20,921 nucleotides of DNA from assembly GCA_031367385.1 (NCBI GenBank), contig JANLPS010000285.1, positions 1-20,921 of the forward strand, read 5' to 3'. The notes beneath the pieces were generated by a model. The model saw only the letters and a list, made by a program, of their open reading frames with translations. It made no database searches and was not told the DNA's origin. The stretch comes from Archangium sp. GTDB taxonomy: Bacteria > Myxococcota > Myxococcia > Myxococcales > Myxococcaceae. Below, one piece after another: positions 1 through 6,883 of the stretch; positions within the stretch are counted from its first letter, which is position 1, and the number at the start of each line of letters is the position of its first letter. Made by a program: the position numbers and the translations under genes.

Positions 1-1
1 G

Positions 2-130
2 GACCTCAGGCAACGCATGCGACTCTTACTGCTGCCGCCACGCCGTCCGAAGCGCAGTTTTCCACGCGTCGTGAAGATCAAGATGAGCGCTTACGACAAG
101 AAATGGGTCCAGCGCCCCGCTGCTAAATGA
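2..130 (+). CDS. IS4-family transposase, C-terminal 42 aa (partial)
   Basis: Manual translation gives DLRQRMRLLLLPPRRPKRSFPRVVKIKMSAYDKKWVQRPAAK* (TGA 128-130). The basic LP.RR..RSFPRVVK...Y tail matches my recollection of InsG/IS4-type transposase C-termini. Confidence 0.8.
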   Translation, partial: DLRQRMRLLLLPPRRPKRSFPRVVKIKMSAYDKKWVQRPAAK

Positions 131-139
131 CCAGCATTG
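123..139. repeat. Right terminal inverted repeat (IRR) of the IS4-family element
   Basis: CTAAATGACCAGCATTG ends in GCATTG. The partner IRL is outside the window, so the exact length is not verifiable. Confidence 0.65.
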
Positions 140-142
140 CCG

Positions 143-763
143 TTAGTCGTCGTCGGGGTAATGCTTCTCGAGACACTCGGTGCACAGCGCGTGGCTGAAC
201 TTCGCGCCAGAGCGGGTCTCGATGTAGGTCTCCACTTTTTCCCACAGCTGCTCTTGGTTGCGAATGCGTTTGCAGTGCATGCAGATGGGGATCATGCCCT
301 GCAGCTCCTTGACGTGCTCGGCGGCCGCTTCGAGGTCGCGCACCTTCAGTGACAGGTCTTGCTCGAGTCGAACGATGCGCTCTCCGACGCGCAACCGCGC
401 GCGCAGCTCAGCGTGATCGACCGGCTTCGAGATGAAGTCGTCAGCGCCAGCCGACAACCCTTCGACCACGTCTTCTTTCGCCGACCGGGCGGTCACCAGC
501 AACATGTAGGTGTAGCCGTGCTCGCCGTGTCGCGCGCGAATTCGGCGGCAGACTTCGGGGCCATCGAGCCCGGGCATCGACCAGTCGAGCACCGCCAGCG
601 ACGGAGGTTGGGTACCATTGAGCTCTTCCCACGCCTGTTGCCCGTTCTCGACCGAGAGAACGTCGTAGCCAAACCGCGACATCGTCGCCTCGAGCAGCCG
701 GCGGCTGACGGCTTCGTCTTCAGCAAGCAAGACCCGCATCGGTTTTTGCGCTGCAGTGACCAT
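143..763 (-). CDS. Response regulator: REC domain + coiled coil + C-terminal CxxC...CxxC tail (~206 aa)
   Basis: REC motifs are intact: VLLAEDE, LAVLDWSMPGLDG (phospho-Asp), LLVTA, GADDFISKP. The tail is IPICMHCKRIR...W...E.Y...FSHALCTEC. The start is more likely ATG 763 (or 739) than the ORF-track start at 853. Confidence 0.92.
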   Translation of the reverse strand: MVTAAQKPMRVLLAEDEAVSRRLLEATMSRFGYDVLSVENGQQAWEELNGTQPPSLAVLDWSMPGLDGPEVCRRIRARHGEHGYTYMLLVTARSAKEDVVEGLSAGADDFISKPVDHAELRARLRVGERIVRLEQDLSLKVRDLEAAAEHVKELQGMIPICMHCKRIRNQEQLWEKVETYIETRSGAKFSHALCTECLEKHYPDDD

Positions 764-912
764 GCGGTGTTCCGATGCACGCTTCGATCCACTGATCGCC
801 CACTCCCGACCCGCTGCGCAGAGGAGCACGGAACTGCGCAGAATATGCGACAATCGAGCCGCAATTCAGAAGGTTGAGCCAGGCACAGCCGCTGAATCGG
901 GGCCGCACCCAC

Positions 913-3900
913 ATGTACTGCACAGACTGCCATCGAGAGTGGAAGCCGCGCACCAAGTTCTGTGTGCTGTGTGGCCGCGAGCTGATCGAACGATCCATCG
1001 AAGAACGGCAGCTCGAATTGCAGCACGTTGCCTGGTTGATAGACGAAATCACCCGGTGGGATCGCTACTCGGTCGGCCCCACGCTCCGGCAGCAATTGAC
1101 CCAGCAGTACATTGCCCGACACGAAATCTTGAAGGGCGCGCTGACCCCCGCGCGCGAAAGCGAAGAAGTCGTACCCGTGGCAGCGGCTGAGGTCGAACCC
1201 GCCCCACCGGTTCAAAGCCACCCCAGTCAAGTCGAGGCCGCTCCCGAGACCGAGACCGAGACGGAGCCTGAGCCCGAGTCAGCTGAAGCACCCGACACCG
1301 ACCTCGACGAAGACGACGAGACAGAGCCCAACCCCCTCTTCACCCAGCCCACACCCACCGCCGACGACCGTGTCGTCACTGCCGCCTCAACGTGGAATCG
1401 AATCTGGAAACCGTTCTTGAGCGAGTCGGTGGGGTGGTTCATCGGCGGGTTTCTGATTCTCGCCGGCACGCTCTCGTTGGTCGGCAACGCGTGGGGTTCG
1501 CTCTCTGACGACGCGCGGGCGCTGACGGTCTTCGGGTTCGCCGGAGGGTGGACGTTGGCCTTCGTGACCTGGGCCCGCTTCTTGTTGCGCCGCGAGCACA
1601 CCAAGGGCGCCGGGGTGGTGCTCGAGCGAATCGCCGCAATCATCGCGCCCTTGGCGACGGTCGCGGTGGGGCCGGTGAGACAGAGCCCGCTGTTGTTCTG
1701 GCCTGTCGTGGTGGGGTGGTCGCTGGTCGCCGCATGGCTTGCGCGCGCCGCGACCCGGCGGGTCGATGAACGGGCGACCCTGCCGACCGCGCTGGCGATC
1801 GGCCTCGCGACGGTGATGATGGGCGCCGCGCCGCTGCTCGACCCGCTCGGCGCCAACGCCATCTGGTTCTCTCTGGTGCCCGTGGTGCTTTGTGCCTTCG
1901 CCTGGAGCGGCGGCCCGCGCGAGACCCCTCAAGCGACCTGGTTCGTGGGTGGCGCAACGCTCTACGCGACGGCGTTGTTCGTCATTCGCGTCGACGTGGC
2001 CATGCGCGCCGCGGGCATCGCGCCTTCGGCCGCAACCTATGCACCGATGATCGCGTTGCTCGCATCGTGTGCGCTCTGGCTGCGCCCTCAAACGGGCCGT
2101 GCAGCCGATGTCTGGTCGGTCGCGGTCGTCTCGGCTCAGGCGGTGCTGTTGGTGCCGGCCTTCATCGGTCAGGCGCCTGCCTTCGTGATTGCCGCCCTGG
2201 TCGCCGCGTGGACCTCGGGTCGCCTCGCCCTCGAGCGCGTCTCGAAGCAGTCAGCCCGCTGGGTCGTGCCCGCATACGTGTTCGCGTATCTCGCGTTTCA
2301 GCACGTCGATCAGCTGGTGCCGGGCTACGTCACCGAGCTGTTCAACGCGCTCAAGCATCAGCTTGGCTACGACACGCGCCCGATGCCGGCGAGCTACGTC
2401 AGCGTCTACGCGGCGATCTTCGTGGTGGTGATTGGCGTCTTCGCGGCGATTCGCTTCGCGCGGGAGCAGGCTTCGCGTCACGCCGAGGCCGACATGCTGC
2501 TGTGGTGCACCGCCGTCGCGAGCGTGGTGTTCGGCGGCATGGCCGTGATGTCGCTCGGGTCAGACCCTCGACCGGCCATCGTCGCGGCGCCGCTGTTGAT
2601 GACCTTGGGGCTCACGCTCGGCTTTGGCCTCAATCGCCGTGAGCTGACGGTGTCAGGCTCATTGCTCGCGGTCGCGACGGGCGTCAGCTACGGGTGGTGG
2701 CTGCACTCACCGTGGCCGTTGGGAGTCGTCGCGCTGGGCCTTGCCGGTCTCTCGATCTTCGCCACCCAGCATCACCGCAACGCGCTCTCGTACTCGGCCC
2801 TCGCGCTGGCCCTGGGAGCGATGTTGGCGAGCTGGGTCGGCCCGCCCTCATTCGGGCAGCCCATCGCCATGGCGCTGGCTTCGGTCGCCGCGTTGCTGGT
2901 CGCGCGAAACCTCGACGATCGCACGCTGCTGTCTCTGGCCTGGTCGTTTCCCCTGATGCTGGTGGCTCGCAGCGCGGAGTGGCTCGCGCCGCACGATGCG
3001 CCGCTGGTTCTGGCCCTCGCCGCGCTCGTTGGCGCCTTCGCGTCTCGAGCGGCCAATCGCTTCGAGACCCTCTGGGTGCCCTCATCACTCGCCGCGCTGT
3101 TGGCCGTGGTGTGGGGGCTGAGCATCGACGCAGGGCCTCTGCTCGGAGGCCTCGAAGTCCCCATCGCGGCCGCCGCGTTGCTCGTCGGTGCGGTGCTCGA
3201 GCGCCGACGCGCCGACGCGATGGCTTTCGAGGCGCTGGGGCTTTTGACCGTGGTGCTTGCGTTGGTGCCTCCGCTCGACGGCTTCACTGCTGCGTTTGCG
3301 TGGCTGACACCGCAGATGTCGACCGCGGCGTGCCTCGCCGTGGCACTGGGGTGCTCGGTGCAATCTGTTCGCGCGGGGCGAAAGTGGCAGTCGGTGCTGC
3401 TCGCGTCACTGGTGTCAGCGCTGAGCATGCTCAACGTCATCGCGGCCGTTGGCGTCTTCAGCAGTGGGGCTGCCGGCAACGTCGCGATGATGATGCAGGT
3501 CGGAGTCGGCCTGGTGCTGCTGGCCTCGACGCCCGCGCTGCTCGCCTCGGTGACCGTGCCCATCGCCGGCCTGTTCTTCGCGATGGCCACCGGGCAAAAA
3601 GTCGATGCCCTGCTCGCCGTCGCCACCGGGCTCTCGGCGGTCGCCCTCGCCGAGGAGCTCGATTTCTCGTGGAAATACCTGCTCAACCGCTCGCGGGTGG
3701 CTTGGGCTGCGAGCCTGAGTGCCGCCTGCATTCTGCCCCTCGTCATCGAGCACGGCACGGCCCCGGTCATGGCCTTCACGCTCGCCTTGCCGCTGGTGTG
3801 GGTGCGCGCGACGCGCTCAACCGTGCTCTCAGGGCTCGCGTTGCTCTTCACCGGAGCGCTCGCCTCGCAGCTCGACCACGGCTTCTTGTTCGTGCCCCCC

Positions 3901-6156
3901 ATCGCCGCCTTGGTGCTCTCGCGCCTGACTGCCTTCGCGCCAGTGAGAGACCTGCTCAAGCGCACCGAGCCGACCCTCGGCGTTTCATTCTTGCTGGGGG
4001 CGCTGGCCACGGCGTTCGCCAGCATCGCCCTCGCTTCGTTCAAAGACCTCGGCCCCGAGCTCGCGATGACGTGGGTCGTCGCGCTGCTGCTGATGCGAGA
4101 CAACGCCTTGCCGGTGCGGTTGTTCGCTGCCGCGGTTGCGCTGCTCGCCGTACCTGTGGCCTGGCCCGCGGCTGCACTGGTCTTGGCGGCGATCGCGTTC
4201 GCGCTGCACCACGGCGAGGGCCGGGCGGCCAAGCTCTTCGGGGCAGACTCCAATTCGTACGGGGTGATCAGCGCGGTCGCAGGCTCGGTGATGCTCGCGA
4301 GCGCCGCCGTTCTCAATCACGGGGGCGCCGTCGACATCGCGGTGCTCTCGGTCGCGGTGCTGTCGGCCGCGGTGCTGCTCGATTGGGCGCCCGCTGTCGC
4401 GGTGGCGATCGCCGTGTTGGGCCTCAACCTGCACGACCTCGTGCACCTCGGCCTCGATGGTGGGCACCTCGGGCACGGGCCGATCTTGACGCCTTTCGCG
4501 ATGCCGGTGGCGCTCATTGCCGCGGTGTTGGCCGCGGCGCTGCGGGTCACCTCGCTCGCCGCGCCCTTCGAAAGCGCGTGGGCCCGCTTGAGCCGGCGCG
4601 GTCAGCCGCAGCTCGCGACGCCGGTCTGGGTCGGAGCCTTGATCATCGCGCTCGCCTCTCTGGCGACGTCGTCACCGGCCTGGTTGCTGGTGATTCCGCT
4701 CCTGCTGCTCACCCCGAGCCCCACCGAAGCCGGCATCGCGTTGACGTTGGGCGCGGTGATGGTCGTGCTCTCGGTGCCGCATGAAATCGCGGGGCTCACC
4801 TTCGCGCTGTCGGGCGCCGTCATGGCCTGGTCGGCGGTGTATTTCGAGAAGCACTTCCCCGTGCTGCGCGTGTGGCATCACGCCGGGTGGGTGCTTTCGC
4901 TGGTCGCGTTGGCGTTCTGCGTCGATCTGCACTCGCAGCACCTGGCCGAAGTCTGGGCGTTGATGGCGCTGACGATGTGGGCGGTCGCCAAGCGCTCACC
5001 GAAGCTCGAGTTCATCGGCTTCTCTGGCACCTTGGCCGCGGCGCACGCCGTGATGGCGCACGTCGGTGTGGCGCTCTCGACCGGCGCACCAGCCGAGCTG
5101 ATTCTGCCCTGGTTCTCGTTGGCCTCGGTGCTCGTGGCCGCGTGGCCTGTGGCACGGGCTTCGTCGAACCAGCGCCGGGTCTTCGGCTTGCTGGCCTCCG
5201 GCCTCTCGCTCATCGAGCTGGCTGCTGCCCTGATGACAATCGATTCTCCGCACCCACGCGAAGCCATCGTTGGCTTCATCGCTGCGGGCCTGGGGGCCTG
5301 CCTGCTCGCGTACCGTGCCTGGCAAGAAGACGACGCGATCGCTGCGCTGCTCGGGCAAATCGCGGTCATCGGAGGCGTGGTCATCGTCAACCACGTCGGG
5401 CTCGGCCACGCGATCGGCTCGACCGAGACCTGGGCCTGCATCGTGTTCGGCATGGCGCTCTCTGAGCTGGCCACGCGCTCAGATGATCAGGTCGCGTCGG
5501 CGCTCCGGGCCGGGGCGTTCTTCTGGCCGATGGTGGGCCTGGCCGCGCTGGTCGGTCAGCCTGCGCAGTTCATCTCATTGGTGTTGATGGCGCTCGCCGC
5601 GCACTTCGCGATCATGGCCCGCTCCGAGGCCGTTCGCGGTCGTGCCGCAATCGCCGCCGCGGTCGCCTTCAACGCCGCGATGGTCTTCGGCTACCAAGCC
5701 TCGGGGTGGGACGGGCCGCAGTACCTGGCGATACCGTTCGGCGTCTCGATGCTCACGCTGGTGTGGGTTTTCAAAGAGTCGCTCGAGGTGCGCACCGCCG
5801 CTCGCTTGCGCGCCATCGCCATCGCGATCATCTACGGCGCCGCGGCGTGGAGCCCGCTCACCTTCGACGCGAGCTGGGCGCTCTGGCTGTGCGTGTTGAT
5901 CTGCGTCATCGGGGTCGCCGCGGGCATCGTGCTCCGCATTCGCAGCTACGTGTTTTTGGGCACCGCGTTCTTGGTGACCTCAGTGGTGGCGAACCTGGTG
6001 CGGTACGGCATTCGAGACCCCCGGGCGGGCGCGATTTTCTTGTCGGGTCTGGGGTTGTTGGTGGTCGGCTTCATGGTGCTGGTCACCACCCGGCGGGCCG
6101 AGCTGTTGGCGCGGTACCGCTCAGTGCAACAGCTCCTCGCACGTTGGGAGGGCTAA
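913..6156 (+). CDS. Very large polytopic membrane protein with N-terminal zinc ribbon (~1747 aa), function unknown
   Basis: Long uninterrupted ORF with GC3-rich codons. It begins MYCTDC...FCVLCG, followed by an acidic/Pro linker and then dozens of hydrophobic 18-23 aa segments up to the C-terminus. ATG 913 is preferred over TTG 874 because it places the zinc ribbon at the N-terminus. Confidence 0.88.
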   Translation: MYCTDCHREWKPRTKFCVLCGRELIERSIEERQLELQHVAWLIDEITRWDRYSVGPTLRQQLTQQYIARHEILKGALTPARESEEVVPVAAAEVEPAPPVQSHPSQVEAAPETETETEPEPESAEAPDTDLDEDDETEPNPLFTQPTPTADDRVVTAASTWNRIWKPFLSESVGWFIGGFLILAGTLSLVGNAWGSLSDDARALTVFGFAGGWTLAFVTWARFLLRREHTKGAGVVLERIAAIIAPLATVAVGPVRQSPLLFWPVVVGWSLVAAWLARAATRRVDERATLPTALAIGLATVMMGAAPLLDPLGANAIWFSLVPVVLCAFAWSGGPRETPQATWFVGGATLYATALFVIRVDVAMRAAGIAPSAATYAPMIALLASCALWLRPQTGRAADVWSVAVVSAQAVLLVPAFIGQAPAFVIAALVAAWTSGRLALERVSKQSARWVVPAYVFAYLAFQHVDQLVPGYVTELFNALKHQLGYDTRPMPASYVSVYAAIFVVVIGVFAAIRFAREQASRHAEADMLLWCTAVASVVFGGMAVMSLGSDPRPAIVAAPLLMTLGLTLGFGLNRRELTVSGSLLAVATGVSYGWWLHSPWPLGVVALGLAGLSIFATQHHRNALSYSALALALGAMLASWVGPPSFGQPIAMALASVAALLVARNLDDRTLLSLAWSFPLMLVARSAEWLAPHDAPLVLALAALVGAFASRAANRFETLWVPSSLAALLAVVWGLSIDAGPLLGGLEVPIAAAALLVGAVLERRRADAMAFEALGLLTVVLALVPPLDGFTAAFAWLTPQMSTAACLAVALGCSVQSVRAGRKWQSVLLASLVSALSMLNVIAAVGVFSSGAAGNVAMMMQVGVGLVLLASTPALLASVTVPIAGLFFAMATGQKVDALLAVATGLSAVALAEELDFSWKYLLNRSRVAWAASLSAACILPLVIEHGTAPVMAFTLALPLVWVRATRSTVLSGLALLFTGALASQLDHGFLFVPPIAALVLSRLTAFAPVRDLLKRTEPTLGVSFLLGALATAFASIALASFKDLGPELAMTWVVALLLMRDNALPVRLFAAAVALLAVPVAWPAAALVLAAIAFALHHGEGRAAKLFGADSNSYGVISAVAGSVMLASAAVLNHGGAVDIAVLSVAVLSAAVLLDWAPAVAVAIAVLGLNLHDLVHLGLDGGHLGHGPILTPFAMPVALIAAVLAAALRVTSLAAPFESAWARLSRRGQPQLATPVWVGALIIALASLATSSPAWLLVIPLLLLTPSPTEAGIALTLGAVMVVLSVPHEIAGLTFALSGAVMAWSAVYFEKHFPVLRVWHHAGWVLSLVALAFCVDLHSQHLAEVWALMALTMWAVAKRSPKLEFIGFSGTLAAAHAVMAHVGVALSTGAPAELILPWFSLASVLVAAWPVARASSNQRRVFGLLASGLSLIELAAALMTIDSPHPREAIVGFIAAGLGACLLAYRAWQEDDAIAALLGQIAVIGGVVIVNHVGLGHAIGSTETWACIVFGMALSELATRSDDQVASALRAGAFFWPMVGLAALVGQPAQFISLVLMALAAHFAIMARSEAVRGRAAIAAAVAFNAAMVFGYQASGWDGPQYLAIPFGVSMLTLVWVFKESLEVRTAARLRAIAIAIIYGAAAWSPLTFDASWALWLCVLICVIGVAAGIVLRIRSYVFLGTAFLVTSVVANLVRYGIRDPRAGAIFLSGLGLLVVGFMVLVTTRRAELLARYRSVQQLLARWEG
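1246..1278 (+). repeat. 6-bp microsatellite (GAGACC/GAGCCC)n encoding ETETETEPEPE
   Basis: gagaccgagaccgagacggagcctgagcccgag lies within the acidic linker of the membrane protein. Confidence 0.7.
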
Positions 6157-6169
6157 CGGTGAGCCCGAC

Positions 6170-6704
6170 TCACCAGGGCTTGGGGCGCGCGACGCCCATC
6201 AGCTGATCATTCAAGTCGCTGCGATCGTACGCCTCGTGAATCTCGGCGATGCGGCCCTGGTCGAAGCGAATGAACGCCGACCACGTCTGGGCGAAGCGCT
6301 TGCCGGTCGCGGGTATCGAGACGTGGCCTGGCCGCGCGAGGGCGTTTTCCATGGTGCCGTACGATCTGAGCTCGGCAGCGACCCACGGGCCGCTGCTCAC
6401 GGCCCGAACCAGCGACACATGGTAATCGGGAAACGCGGCGACCAGCCGTTCGATCGCGGCCCGCATTTCGGCTCGGCCCTCGAGCGGCGCTTCGAGCTCC
6501 GGGGCGGTGCGAACGCAGTGCTCGGTATGGAGCGACTCCCAGGTGGCGAAGTCGTTCGCGTTCGAGGCCGCGATGCGCGCTTTTGAGGGTCGCGATGTCA
6601 GTGGGCTCGACGGCGTAAATTTCAGCGATCGGGTCAACGCCGTTGAAGCGAGCGGCGCCACCGGTACAGGCCGTCAGTGCGAGAATCAGAATGAGTCGTT
6701 TCAT
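6170..6704 (-). pseudogene. SnoaL-like/ester cyclase (NTF2-fold) lipoprotein, frameshifted (true pseudogene or sequence error)
   Basis: ATG 6704 opens MKRLILILALTAC (lipobox) ...DIATLK in one frame. The SnoaL-like domain (ARIAASNANDF...AAFPDYHV...IPATGKRF...FIRFDQGRIAEIHEAYD) is in another frame ending at TGA 6170. The span is 535 nt = 3n+1. Removing one base from TTTT 6581-6584 gives a continuous 177-aa protein. Confidence 0.85.
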
Positions 6705-6709
6705 GCCTC

Positions 6710-6744
6710 GCACAGTGCCGTCGAGCGACGTTCGGCACAGTGCC
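6710..6744. promoter_or_regulatory. Two copies of GCACAGTGCC (palindromic core GCAC-A-GTGC), candidate operator
   Basis: Exact 10-mers at 6710-6719 and 6735-6744, beginning 5 bp upstream of the cyclase ATG in the divergent intergenic region. Confidence 0.4.
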
Positions 6745-6883
6745 AGCGCGCGACACACCATTGACCGGCGGCGACGGCGCACGGGGCCCGGTAGGTGCGT
6801 GTACGCAGCCTGTGTAAGCAACGGGAATACCTGCAACCTCCGGTGGGCGCATCGAACCTCACGGCCATACCCGGGCTCGACGG

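Larger units (their letters stand above)
1..139 (+). mobile_element. Right end of an IS4-family insertion sequence (truncated by the window edge)
   Basis: The frame starting at nt 2 encodes an IS4-like transposase C-terminus. It is followed by CTAAATGACCAGCATTG (123-139). The reverse complement, CAATGCTGGTCATTTAG, resembles the IS4-subgroup terminal repeat as I recall it (TAATGCCGATCAGTTAAG-like). The transposase stop codon lies inside the IR. Confidence 0.8.

Noticed and set aside
881..896. sigma54-like AGGCACAGCCGCTGAA upstream of the membrane protein
   Set aside because: The -24 GGCAC is present but the conserved -12 GC is missing, so it is too weak to call.
6832..6856. ECF-like TGCAACC-N14-CGAA upstream of the TPR gene
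   Set aside because: The position is plausible, but the match is short and its spacing is not clearly canonical. It cannot be supported without TSS data.
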